Assembly (NCBI GenBank): GCA_963514005.1 | Contig: OY740806.1 | Location: forward strand, 32,860,001 to 32,924,000 | Direction: 5' to 3' | Source of the DNA: Raja brachyura | Taxonomy: Eukaryota | Length of the DNA stretch: 64,000 nt | Shown: positions 13,263 to 25,671 of the stretch, in pieces | Position numbering within the stretch: position 1 is the stretch's first letter | How the letters are laid out: each line of letters starts with the position of its first letter | Position numbers and translations under genes: made by a program | The notes under the pieces: model-generated | Database searches by the model: none | What the model was told of the DNA's origin: nothing | The model's input: only the letters and a program-made list of their open reading frames with translations

Positions 13263-13802
13263 CTACAAAAATGCAACTCAATGAATGACATAACAAAGTA
13301 ATTTTGAGAATGATAAAAGTAGCTGTGTTGAAGCAAAATTATAAAATGAGAGATGCTGCCATATCTGAAATGAAAACAATAAATACTGGAAATTCTCAGC
13401 AGGTCAGAACACCTTTCTGGAAACATAACAGTTCAGGTTGTAAATTCTTCATTAGAACTGGGAAAGAAAACAAGTTAGTTTTGAATTTCAGAGAAGGTGG
13501 TGAGTGGTTTAACAAGGACAAAGGGATTATGTCTGATAAGAAATACCTCAGTTCATGAGTTGTGGAGGTCATCTGGTTGATGGGTTAGTGGGGGCAATTA
13601 GAGGGGAAAAGTGAAACAAGAGCAATATGTTGAAGCAGTTAGAAAGAGAGCAAGGCAATGGAATATGGAGAGGTTTTAAATGTAGTGCTGGATGACTTTC
13701 CCAATAGTCTGGGTTAGTGGAAAGAAAAAAAAAAATCACAGAAGCCTGCTAACCTGCTGAGCAATTCTAGTATTTCTATTTTTATAGGTAGAAGCATCTT
13801 AC

Positions 13803-13897
13803 CTGACACAACGTGTGGCAAATCTACATTTGCGGCCAGAGATGATGAAAACATTGACTCACACATCAGTCTCAATGGATCAGATTCAGTTAAAGTT
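13803..13897 (-). CDS. CBL: CBL exon 14 equivalent (Y731 region, divergent)
   Basis: attag|A ... TCAG|gtaaga, 95 nt. Phase 2 to phase 1 exactly bridges exons 13 and 15. Encodes TLTESDPLRLMCESMFSSSLAANVDLPHVVS. Confidence 0.85.
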
Positions 13898-14265
13898 CTA
13901 ATTAAAACATAGGAAGAAATATTAATAGCAATAAGTAAAATGAATTGGTTTCTCTGCTAATATTTTTCAGTTAGTTCACCAAGCACCAAGTTGAGAAGCT
14001 CAATACAAAAAAAATCAGTAAGTGAGGACAGAGAAACTTCAGGAGGCACCCATGTATTTACATTCAGTGTCGTCCTATAGAATTCTACTTAGCCACACCT
14101 CTTGTGACCAATTACAAATACATTCTAACAGAAGACTGTCTTGTGTTACCTACTGCCACAGATTAACCCAACTGTGATCAGTTTGAAACCGGCTCACATT
14201 AGTATCACACATCTAACAAGTCTAGGTAATTAAATTAAAATATACTTGAAGCATCATTTTCTTAC

Positions 14266-14427
14266 TCTGCGTGGTGGCTGCTCTGTGTTTGCAGCGGAAG
14301 TCTGGAATCTAAGGAGGTGGTGGCGCAGAGAGGAGCATGCACAGGCAATGAAGATGGGGTCATGTAATCAATATCCTCATCACTGCTCTCTGAAGGTTCC
14401 TCTGATGGGAATGGCTTTGGCAGGGGT
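14266..14427 (-). CDS. CBL: CBL exon 13 equivalent (Y700-type YMTP motif)
   Basis: tacag|A ... GA|gtaaga, 162 nt. Encodes PLPKPFPSEEPSESSDEDIDYMTPSSLPVHAP... Confidence 0.92.
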
Positions 14428-14714
14428 CTGTAAAAAAAGATGAGCTTATAATAGAATCAAGATGTCCTGTTCTACGTACAAAATTATGCACAATATCAAC
14501 ATAATCCATATGAATTCTAAATTCTACCATTAAATCATGACAGCAGTTTATTGCTGTTTATTAAACATTTTCAGAAGTGAGTGTTAAAATATACAAATGC
14601 AGTAAACACAACATAATAGATAATGTATTAATAGATAATAGATTAAATATAGATAATGTATTAAATATAGAGAATTGCACAGATTAATCTGTACTGAAAA
14701 AATTATGCATTGAC

Positions 14715-14872
14715 TTAAGATTTTTGCCTTCCATCACAGTGAGGAGGCGACTGCTGAACCCTGTGGTGGATGTTAAATTTGTGTTTATTGTGTGCTTTGT
14801 TATTTTATTATATGTATGACTGCAAGGCAACAAAATTTTGTTCATACTGAAAAGTCTGAATGACAATAAAGT
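14715..14872 (+). repeat. 3' end of an unclassified non-autonomous retroelement with a hairpin
   Basis: gccttccatcacag...ctgtggtggatgtt...gacaataaag. Related to 38440-38580 (-). Confidence 0.55.
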
Positions 14873-15128
14873 TTCCATGATCCATGATATATCAATCAAA
14901 CCAGTGTCTATTAATATGTTGGGAACATGTTTAAAGTGTTTATTTCTTTGCAAGACATTGCAAGTAACATTAACAGCTGAAGAAAAAGAATACAGGCTAC
15001 ATAAGGGAAGTAATATCAGTATGCAATATGTCATCGATGCATCAAAACAAGTTTTCACTTCCCTATAAACAATTTATACAAGTACTACAAACTATAAACA
15101 TACAGCATTAGTCTAAGGCTGTAATTAC

Positions 15129-15223
15129 CGTGTAGCAAGAGAGTAAATAGCATTCGCTGATGCAGAGGGTTTCACTTTGGAGTTGTCGTGCTCTGAACCA
15201 TCACTCATGGCCCCACCGAAAAC
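15129..15223 (-). CDS. CBL: CBL exon 12 equivalent
   Basis: ttgcag|GTT ... CG|gtaatt, 95 nt. Encodes VFGGAMSDGSEHDNSKVKPSASANAIYSLATR, compare human KIKPSSSANAIYSLAAR. Confidence 0.95.
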
Positions 15224-16282
15224 CTGCAATAATTACAAGATAACTGTGTTTGTGTGTATAGAAGGCAGGTTGGAAATATTGGACTGTTTTTAGTACAAAA
15301 ATTTAAATGATGAGATGACTTGGCCACTTCCATTTAAAATTGAACACGGGTTTGTGGCTTGTGCTTTATTGGTGATGAATTACCATTAAAGTAACTTGCA
15401 AACCTGTGCATTTGGGTTAATCTCATTTCTGCTCTTACAGGTATTAGCTGAAGATAATCACGGCAAAGTCAAATGCAGCTTATCCATCCAAGTTACGGTG
15501 CCTACTGCAGAATCCAATTGTTTTTCACAGATTCCAGTGCTTAATTAGAGGATCTCATGCTAAATGCTACATATTTCAGAAATACCTTTCTTGAATCATA
15601 CCTTTACCAGCATCATCTTGTAAAGTATTTAATTAAAATCTGTTACTATAATATTGACCCCTTTCTCACCATACCACATTAACTTCAGGGGGAGAGCTAG
15701 TCAGTTTCTGACTAGAAATTAGAACATTCAGTTTCTGTACTCATGGAAGACCACTCCACAAAGATCTTATTTTTTTTATTAGTCGGAATCTACATTCCTT
15801 TGTACAACTCAACTTACACTTGACAATTTTCCAGATCATCTTTTTCACAGATTACTAAGTTGCATTACTATAAGATTACTTCAAAAAATGCATCCTGCAA
15901 AACTCAATCTTTCCTTAGAACTTAATCCTGGTGCCATAGAGTGTGGTTCTATGTATCAACTTCAGCACTGAAATGTCTCCCTTGTGTTTTGGTAAGCATA
16001 ACAGGAAAGAGTGCTTAAGATGCATTGTGACAAGATCATGGTTCTCTCTTTTCAGCTGCCCTAATTCTTGTTGAATACAGTTCCCTATCAGATAAACATA
16101 ATGAACACCTGGCCTATGGTTTTGACTAGCTCTCCTAACATCATACCTGGCTATTGGAATAATTTGTATTGCTATATGCAACACTTTTCCACATAGCTGT
16201 GATAAATATTTATCTCCCACTGCTATGCCAATTTCCGCACTTTGTTTAATAAACCTTTACATTTTGAGAAAACTGCCATCAA

Positions 16283-16938
16283 CTTTCCTTGGAACCATCC
16301 TTGGAACCAAGGACCTGAAATGGGGGGGGGGGGGAGGGGGGGGGTACCATCGACTCCACAGTCAAAAGGGCCCAACAGAAGATGTACTTCCTGCGGCAGC
16401 TGAGGAAACACAATCTGCCGCAGGCAACGATGGTCCAATTCTATACTGCCATCGTAGCGTCTCTCCTCACCTTCTCCATCATGGTCTGGTTTGCTCAGCC
16501 ACCAAACACGACATCCGGGGGCTGCAGCGAATCGTCTGATCAGCTGAGAAGGTTGTTGGCTCCAACCTTCACCCATTGACGAACTGTATGCTGCAAGGGC
16601 CAGGAAGCGAGCGGGTAAGATTATCTCCGACCCCTCTCACCCTGGCCGCAAACTCTTTGAAGCACTTCCCTCTGGGAGGCGACTCCGCACTGTCAAAGCT
16701 GCCACAGCCAAACAAAAACTTTTCTTTCCCCAAGTAGCTCTATTCAATAACCAAAAGTCTGTCGCCTCTGTTTGCTCTGGTATTTTATTTCATTCACTTG
16801 TTTAAACTATAATGTTTAATGTTTTATGTGTCATTCTTAATTGTTACTGTATGTCGTATTGTTATTTGCAGGCAGAGCACCAAGGCAAATTCCTTGTATG
16901 TCTACATATTTGGCCAATAAACTTATTCATTCATTCAT
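16283..16938 (+). mobile_element. Rex1/Babar-like LINE 3' fragment
   Basis: RT C-terminal remnant MYFLRQLRKHNLPQATMVQFYTAIV. Ends aataaactt(attc)n. Confidence 0.8.
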
Positions 16939-17230
16939 TAAACTTCACGGCACATCTCAAGTTAACGTTTCATTAAATTTCGGGTTTTAGCTCCACATCC
17001 TAATTTAACTGTAGCAGTAAAGAATCTTGCAAATACCTTGGCAAAATGTTTATCCAAATCAAAACCCTGTGTACACTACAAGAAATGAAAACCGGTATCA
17101 AAGATTCTGGGTGTGCTGTTATTTCCAGATTTCCCCCAGCTGTTATCAGGCAACAGAATGGTCCTCTCAGCAGCTGAGAGTGCTTGGAGACCTTTAAACT
17201 ATCTTTCATCAGATTTTATCTTGCTCTAAA

Positions 17231-17754
17231 TGGTGTACAATTTTGGTCGCCCAATTATGGGAAGGATGTCAACAAAATAGAGAGGGTACAGAGGAGATTT
17301 ACTAGAATGTTGCCTGGGTTTCAACAGCTAAGTTACAGAGATAGGTTGAATAAGTTAGGTCTTTATTCTCTGGAGCGCAGAAGGTTAAGGGGGGACTTGA
17401 TAGAGGTCTTTAAAATGATGAGAGGGATAGACAGAGTTGATGTGGACAAGCTTTTCCCTTTGAGAATAAGAGGACATAACAAGAGGACATAACTTTAGAA
17501 TTAAGGGACAGAAGTTTAGGGGTAACATGAGGGGGAACTTCTTTACTCAGAGAGTGGTAGCGGTGTGGAATGAGCTTCCAGTGGAAATGGTGGTGGCAGG
17601 TTTGTTGGTATCATTTAAAAATAAATTGGATACGCATATGGATGACAAGGGTATGGAGGGTTATGGTATGTGGGACTAAGGGAAAAAAAGTTGGTCGGCA
17701 CGGACTTGAAGGGCCGAGATGGCCTGTTTCCGTGCTGTAATTGTTATATGGTTA
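17231..17754 (+). mobile_element. CR1 LINE 3' fragment
   Basis: VQFWSPNYGKDVNKIERVQRRFTRMLPG...YSLERRRLRGDLIEVFK, the CR1 ORF2 C-terminus. Confidence 0.9.
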
Positions 17755-17973
17755 AATGTTGTAACCTTTATCTGTGCACTATGACCAACTTGATTGTAAC
17801 CATGTGTAGTCTTTTTGACTGGATAGCCGCAAACAAAAACTTTTCACTGTTCCTTGGTACAGAGGACAATAATAAACTAAATTAAGATTTTGTCTTGCAG
17901 AGATCCCACTACCTGGTGATGAAATACCCAACCTAAAAAAAATAAAATCTAATGACACTGGTGTATTTCTTAC

Positions 17974-18354
17974 CACGACATCGTCAAGCCCGAGCGAGTT
18001 ACTGTGCCTAACTGCGTCCGTCCTGGTATCTATCAGAGAAGTCAATGGTAGAGGCAAAGAGTGTCTGTTGGACAACTCTCTGCCTGTCCACCTATCTCCA
18101 AGGTTAAGTGTCTGTGCAGATGCTTTAGTTGCCTGAGGACGAGAATGCCAAGGTTCTCCAGGTCGGTTAGGTGGTACAAAAGGTGGCTTATCTCTTGCTG
18201 GGAGGTCATTTGGTGTGCATGGTAAGGGACGCCTCTGCATACGAGATTCTGAGTTTGCAGATGGATGTCGCTCAGGTGGCGGAGGTGGTAGATCTCGATG
18301 AGATGGAGGAACAGGTAAAGGTTTGTCCTGCTTATGCAAACCACTCGACGAAGC
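17974..18354 (-). CDS. CBL: CBL exon 11 equivalent (proline-rich region)
   Basis: atatag|GCT ... GTG|gtaaga, 381 nt. Encodes ASSSGLHKQDKPLPVPPSHRDLPPPPPER...RRPLPCTP...WTGRELSNRHSLP. Confidence 0.96.
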
Positions 18355-18435
18355 CTATATGGGAAAAGAAAACACAAATAAAACCCTTTGAGTAATTGAA
18401 CATGTGTTTTATTTGCTTAAATATGGCCCGATTTA

Positions 18436-18644
18436 CAGTGCCCTCCATAGTGTTTGGGACAAAGACCCATAATTTATTTATTTGCCTCTGTACTCCACAA
18501 TTTGAGATTTGTAATAGAAAAAAAAAAAAATCATATGTAGTTAAAGTGCACATTATCAGATGTTCATAAAGGCCATTTTTATACATTTTGGTTTCACCAT
18601 GTAGAAATTACAGCAGTGTTTATACATAGTTTCCCCCCCCCCCC
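18436..18644. mobile_element. Half copy of the Tc1/mariner MITE
   Basis: TA + cagtgccctccatagtgtttgggacaaagaccc... It is the reverse complement of the right part of 46230-46572 and ends at the C-run. Confidence 0.8.
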
Positions 18645-19237
18645 ATAGATAGGGAAAGGAACGTTGAACTTCATAACTGAAAAAATACCATCAAGAATGA
18701 TAAACTGTATTAGTGATGCAAAAGCTAACATCCGAATAAAGATTTATTGCAGATAGACGAGTCGCCCCAGATACTTCAGCCTCATGTACAGCTGCTAAAT
18801 TAACAAGAAAAATGGCAATGTTTATACAAGATGTGCAGCAGCTTCAATTTCCTTCTAATTTTCCCTCTATTCTCAACAGACATTTAACACATGACATAGT
18901 GAGTGGCAACGGTCACACATTTTCAAATTGTAATTTAAGGCAGATGTGTCAGTTTTGTATTTTTCATCATCACAAACCAAACGTCCATCGGCCGTTAGAG
19001 CTATAGTTTTGCCATAAACATCCTCACCACAACTTCCTCAATCCAGGTTGATGAAAGCTGGCCTCTTGACCCTGTTACTTAATTTAAAGTGAAAGAATGA
19101 CTGTCATTATCATGCAACCTCATGATAACAATGTGCTATGACTCTGGAATGGATTAATAAAACATTCTTCACACTTCAAATAGCCAGTATTATGTTGTCT
19201 GCAAAAATGCTGTTAATCCAATGAAATAGCTCCTTAC

Positions 19238-19369
19238 CTTAGGTGAAACACAAGGACTAGAAGCACTGGAAACAGTGGGTGATCGATGCTGTAGCAGATC
19301 TAAACGAGGAGGAACGGGTGGAAGTGCAGAATTAGGAGCTGGGGCAATGGGAGATGAAGGCCTTTCGAT
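19238..19369 (-). CDS. CBL: CBL exon 10 equivalent
   Basis: tacag|ATC ... AAG|gtaagg, 132 nt. Encodes IERPSSPIAPAPNSALPPVPPRLDLLQHR... Confidence 0.96.
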
Positions 19370-19984
19370 CTGTACGGGACACAAATTGTAATGAACAATT
19401 ACAAGAAAGATTTCGCAATATCTCTACTGCAAAATGCATTTAATTTAAAATGGCAGTCTTGGTGAATGCTCCACGAGAAATATTTTTTTCCCCACACAAA
19501 AAACTCCAAAAACAAATAATTAACCAGGGAAAGCTATTCAAGTTCCTTGTATCTAATAGCTAAATGTCCCATCTGGAAGAAAATATATCTGCTGATGCTG
19601 GCAGACTCAAGGCTGACAATTGGAAGATGGCAGTAGTTTCTCTCCATCAAAGGTTACCATGAAAGACTAGATTTTGAAAATTGGCACCCAGGGAGTACTT
19701 AAAAAGGGGACACATGACAATTCATACTCGAATATGGGAGCAAAGACAAAGCAAAGAACAGATAACCCATTACAACAAGAAATCCAAAGCAAAACAACAT
19801 CAGATATTTTTGTTTGCAGTGCCAAACAGTTGGGAAAATGAACTATGAATATTTGAAGCCGATAACAGAGTCTGTTTCACGACCTTAGCAGCTAGAAATG
19901 CCTTTATGAAGGAGTGCAAACTCCTTGTACAGGCAGAATTCTAGTATCTTGATGTTGAGAAGAAATTGCTTTTGCACTGTTTAA

Positions 19985-20274
19985 TTTGGTTAAGAGATAC
20001 AGCACGAAAACTGACCCTTCGACCCACTGAGACAACACCGACCAATGATCCCAACCACCTTAGCACTACCCTACACACACTAGGGACAATTTTACATTTA
20101 CACCTAGCCAATTGGCCTACAAACCTGTACATCTTGAAGTATCTCGGAGAAAACCCATGCAGGTCAAGGGGCGAACATACAAATTCCGTACAGACAGCAC
20201 CCGTAATCAGGATCGAACCCGGATCTCTGGCGCTGTAAGGCAGCAACTCTACCCGTTACGCTACCGTGCTGCCC
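19985..20274 (-). mobile_element. tRNA-derived V-SINE (HE1-like)
   Basis: Minus strand GGGCAGCACGGTAGCGTAACGG (A box), GGTTCGATCC (B box), V-domain-like GGGTTTTCTCCG and a LINE-like tail. Confidence 0.85.
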
Positions 20275-21799
20275 TCACTGATAGGGGAAAGACTGCAAAA
20301 ACTACCTCGGTATCATAGGGGGAAAGAAACAACAGGTTTGCACTGCCCCAAAATCAGATCATAAAAGCAGGTAACTCGATAATAAAGTAAGGAGCTAGTG
20401 TTAAAACTATGTTCTTCTAAAGATGCATCATTTGTGTTTGCAACTGCTTAGTTTGAGGAGCTGCGTGATTCTAATACCTGCAAAACAACTATGTTTTTAA
20501 TGAAATGGATGGGTTTTTGCTCAAGTATAATTAGGAGAACAAACGGTTAATGGGTTCTGCTCAGGAAGTGCGCAAAACACAATTTCTAAAGTTGAATCAT
20601 ATCATTAAAAATGTTAAGCTTCTGCGACTTTGTTTCCCTTTTGCCAGGAAATAAATATTCAAGTGTTTGATAACCGTTTCAAACGTGGAAAAACATTTAA
20701 GTTCTTCTTTAAAAGGTCTCTCCAATGAAAGGTGTGAAAGATCTTAGAATTTACTCTTTTTTTTTTAAAACAGATCAAGTCCGTTGCATAGTTGATTATT
20801 TTGATAAAATGGGTTAACAATTACACACTTGTTTCCCATTTCCTGCTGAATGTTGTTAAATAATTTCAATTGAATTGGGATTCGGATGAGAGTGTGCTAT
20901 TATGGACGGATACACCCACAGCCCTTCCTGGAATCAGTCTTTGCACTTCCCCCTCAGCAGAAGGCAGCAGTGAACCATTACCGGTCATAGCCAATTGAGG
21001 AAGTTAGAGGAAAAAAAAAGTAGTTTAGAATCCCAGGAGTTAAGACAACAGGGACAATGACCTAATGTCCAATTTAAACTTGAGTTTGAAGTACTTCTAA
21101 AGAGAATTCAGTTTGTGAACATTTTTAGCAAGATATTATACAAGGGGGGGGGGGAGGAAGGATATTACCATGAAGGAAAGGGAAGGAAATACTATGAAAT
21201 ACCATGCCTTCCAAGACATAAATAGCATAAATGGGATCAGGATCAAGTTTAGATGTCCACCTGCTCAATTATATAAAAACAAAACCTGGGGTATTTGTGT
21301 AGAAAACACTGCTCAAGGAAATATTTCAAATTATGTTATACTTTTGCACTGTAGTTGGCATTGCAACGTACAAAACAATCTGGCCAAGAAATGCTAGGGT
21401 CAAGTGTTGAAAGGGCACCAAGGAGAATTCATGTGTACTGGACTGTAAGGTAACAGAGTTCTATGAGTAATTAAAAGGATAAATCAGCAAGCAGAAGAAA
21501 ACTCACATTTGAATAAGAAATATTCCAGTCTTTTGAGGAAATAATTTTACTGTGCTATTGTAGAGCTAAAACGTTTAACTATGACTTGATAGCTGCATAA
21601 TTTCCACATCGAGATCTCACAAAGTGTACCACAGAACTTTTAAAAGGCAGTGCAAAGCAATAAATATGAAACATTAAATATAAAAATTGTGCTCGCCAGA
21701 AAATATAATTAAAAAAGCATGCAGTCATAATATTCATAGTCGGAACTAAAACAACAAATTGAACTAATATATCAGAACCACAAAGGAACACGTATAAAG

Positions 21800-21922
21800 G
21801 AAGAAGGTTCTCGACCCGAAACGTCGCCCGTCTCCTTCACTCCTTGATTGCTGCTGCACCCGCTGAGTTTCTCCAGCTTTTTGTGTAACCCCCGATTCTC
21901 CAGCATCTGCAGTTCCTTCTTT
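21800..21922 (+). mobile_element. Short Penelope-derived insertion with TSD
   Basis: gaagaaggttctcgacccgaaacgtc...cagcatctgcagttccttctt. TSD aacacgtataaag at 21787-21799 and 21923-21935. Confidence 0.85.
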
Positions 21923-22009
21923 AACACGTATAAAGAACTGATTTGTACAGCCACTCTCTCCTGGAGTGACTCAGCGGGACAAAGTCTCTAAGTTCATTTT
22001 CTTCAATGT

Positions 22010-22400
22010 ACTAATCAGGCAGTGGCTCTGGATCAAGGGTGCCTTGCTTCCTCTCCAATTCTGCGGATCCTGAGATAACTAATGAGCACACTGTAAGGGC
22101 TATAGATCAGGGAAGCGGTACCCAACATGATGGATGGGTGGATAGTTTATGATGTGGACCACTCTTTCTGTCACTTATGTTGGGCCTGGTGCTCCCAATT
22201 CACAGATTTGAGATTCTCAGTGCCAAATACTCTTCCTCTGAGAAATCATGGGCCAGGGTTTTCCAAAAAGTTAGAGCACATTTTAAATTTTTCCAAGGAC
22301 ATTTTAATAGCATCATTGAATCTTCACCTCTGTCCAATTGGTTATCATATCCTGTTACAGAGCTCTGTTTTAGCACTCTGTTATTGGGCATGAGAACAAC
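22010..22400 (-). mobile_element. Degenerate RTE-like LINE 3' fragment
   Basis: Minus-strand remnant resembling the RTE ORF C-terminus (LKCALTFWKTLAHD ORF). Confidence 0.5.
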
Positions 22401-23234
22401 GTAAGCTACACAATGTAGCTGAATAAATGCAATGAAGGCATTAATGCTGGGGTCATTGATCTCGGATTGCTTAAATTCGATCACTTTATCTGGTAATAGG
22501 TAATCTGGAAGCAGTTTACAACTAAATCTTTTGTACTTAATGTTGATAAAATGATATTTAATTTTCTCAGGTTACTGAAGATCACTACTGTTGGGTTTTA
22601 TATTTTCCTGCAAGGCCTTGCACAATTTTCTTAACCAGATTGTTGTGTTCAACAGCAGACAAATAGAAAAGTTATACTTTCCAATTTGAATGAACAGTGG
22701 AAATAATTAATGAAGTCTCTACTTCAGAATAAATATGATGCAAGCAGCAATATTAAAAACAATCCAAAATGAAATCAATTATTTGTGGAATGTGGTGAAT
22801 ATAATTATGTTTGAAGCACAATTATTTCTCAATTTGGATCATTCATTGGCATTACAGTAACATTTCAAATTACCAATGATAAGATTTTCCTCAATATTCC
22901 TGGCACAATTCAGAAGACACAAACAGAAAACGGCATTTCCTAAGTGTGGATTAGTCAATGTCAACTTTACTACACTTCTTCTCACCTTGCAGTTCCCATA
23001 TTCCTGTTGCGTTGGTAGTAAGGTTTCTAAAAATCAGTAACATAAAAATGCACTTCAATTTGGAAGACTATTTAAGCATAACTAATTGAAAACCATAAGC
23101 TAGTATATGGATCATACTCCTGAAGTTGGAATCAGTACTTTATGTGCACATTGGCGCTCAGTCAATAATCTTCACCTGTTATAGGCTTTGGAATTTATTT
23201 TTTTTAATTATCACACACAGAAGTCTGTAGTTAC

Positions 23235-23435
23235 CTTTGCATTTGCCAGCTTGTTCATCATAAACAATTCATCACAGCGGTCATCATCTTCGTCGTCAAA
23301 ATTTGGAGATAACATTGCTTCCATTCCCAGTCGGATTTGACATGGCCCATCTTTCGGGTCAAAGGGATCCACAACAATTGGTTCAGTGCCTTTTATTTCA
23401 CAACGACAAAATGGACATCCTTGACCTTCCGATTC
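23235..23435 (-). CDS. CBL: CBL exon 9 equivalent (C-terminal RING)
   Basis: tttag|GAA ... AAG|gtaact, 201 nt. Encodes [28 protein letters not shown]...[11 protein letters not shown]. Confidence 0.98.
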
Positions 23436-24366
23436 CTAAATAGAGCATAGAGAATTGAATCAACTATGGTTACCTATAAAGGGTCAATCAGTGCAAAGGA
23501 TGGTGATGGTGATTTACCATATGTATACTTCATCTTTATAATTCCTAATACAGAAATAATTGCCATGACTATGCAACAGAACTTGAACATTTTTGTAGCA
23601 GTGTTGCCAAGATGGTGTTAATCATATCAAAAATCTGGAATTCAGCTCTTTCGTCCATGGGCCAGGATGTCCCATGAACATATTCAGCATTCATACATTC
23701 TGTAGCTTCTACTAGACTATTAACACCAAAATATGCATTCAAGAGAAGGTATGAAAAAGGCAGAAAGGCTTTCTCAGAACTAATATGAAGGCTCACAGTA
23801 TTGACCGTGATACATGCGAGGGCTCCAAACCTATCTGACCCACTGCTGTAAGATTGCAGTTCATGATTTCAAGCATCATCAGGTGGTTGACAATACCTAC
23901 ATTGTCAACAGTAACATCACCAGTATTCATGGATGACAGATGTATATATTTTTAAAAATCAGATTTAAAAATGTCAGCCTTTCACTTAATAGCCGAGTAG
24001 AGCATTAATTAAACAGATTTTGTTTAAGATTTTCTGGGTAGATTATACCTGGGCAGTTTCCCCACATGATCAGGTTTGTAGCCATCCTGAATATCATGGC
24101 TATAGACTCGTAGTTCTGGAGAAAGGTGCACAGTGGCCAGGAGTTTTTCCAAGTTCCTAACCAGTTACTATATCCAAGGGCCTCAGCTCTTGAAGAGCAA
24201 TGGTGGGCATCTCAAGAGATGAAGATGGATCATCTACTTAGCATTTCTGGTGAGATGATTACAAATGCTTCAATGTTTGCGTTGACGCTCACCACTAAAA
24301 AAAAAAGCCTCTCCCTCCAAGCTTAATTGCAAAACTACCATGTGCAACCGAGTATGACATCACCAC

Positions 24367-24770
24367 AGATAGACACAAAAAGCTGCAGTAACTCAGCAGG
24401 TCAGGCAGCATCTCTGGAGAGAAGGGATCGCTGCCGCGGGCCAGCGATCGGAGCGCTCCCTGTTGGCGACCCCCGGCGAGGGCTCACCCGCTCCGCGATG
24501 AAAAAGTCTACGCTGCGCCCGCTGCTGAAGCCCTGGCCCATCTCCGGGAAAGGCCGAACCAATCCTTTGTGTTAGGCCGCGATGGGGACGACATGGAAAA
24601 AGTTGTCCTCCGTGGAGGAGGCGACCAAAGCAGTTTCCCCCTTACCCCTCCACACCACCCCTCACGCAAGACACACCAGGAGACACTAAAACACACATTG
24701 GGACATACTAAAAAAACAAAAAAAAACTAACACGCTGCTGGCAGGGCAGCTGGCTCGCCACCGACCACTG
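24367..24770 (-). mobile_element. Penelope-derived fragment (24367-24427) abutting a GC-rich unclassified repeat (24428-24770)
   Basis: The GC-rich part shares agtttcccccttaccc with 39116-39131. Confidence 0.6.
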
Positions 24771-25452
24771 CAAGCTGCTTTTGCTGTGAAAAAAACTCAT
24801 GAAGTCCTTCATTGTAATTTCACCACGTTGATCCTTTTATAGGTAATAATTTACTGGACCTAGATTAGCATTGCTTAATGTACAACAAATAACCTGATAA
24901 AATATGAGTAAAGATTTCATCAATCACTTCTTCAATTGATAATTTATTATATTTCCTCAACATAGATTTGACAAAAGATGCATTTAAACAAATGTGGGGT
25001 ATAAATTCATTTTTGGAGAGTGATATAATACAATTCAAAACAAGATTTGGCCATTCTACGTGAAAAAAAAATTGAATGAAATTAAATACTGAGCCCTATA
25101 AATAACTGACAGCTGATCTAATGCTGCTCACTTTTCACCGTCTACAATAGATTTCAATTATGTTGCTTTGGTGCATGTTCCAGATGGTGTACGTTGCAGC
25201 TACCTTCTGCCAACTGTGGAGGACCTGAATGTTTAGGATGAAAGATTATAACCAAAATACACTCTTAATTCCTTTGAAGTGATTTTCCAACTACGAGTCA
25301 CTATTTGTTGATGACCTATTTTCACCGAGGTCTAAAAAATACTCTTATATACAAGAAGCCTGCACAGTTGGAAGTAAGTGGCTGTGACAACAGAACATGC
25401 TCAAAGAGGACATTGCTCCAACCAATGAATAAATAACTTTTGAATTGTATTA

Positions 25453-25671
<219 letters not shown>

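Noticed and set aside
20200-20274. tRNA gene
   Set aside because: The A and B boxes belong to a SINE head that continues into a SINE body.
20448-20477. Possible alternative terminal exon in intron 9 (ttttgcag|GTATTAGAA...TAA); a similar one lies near 20850-20927
   Set aside because: Acceptor-like sequence only, with no homology or other support. Expected by chance.
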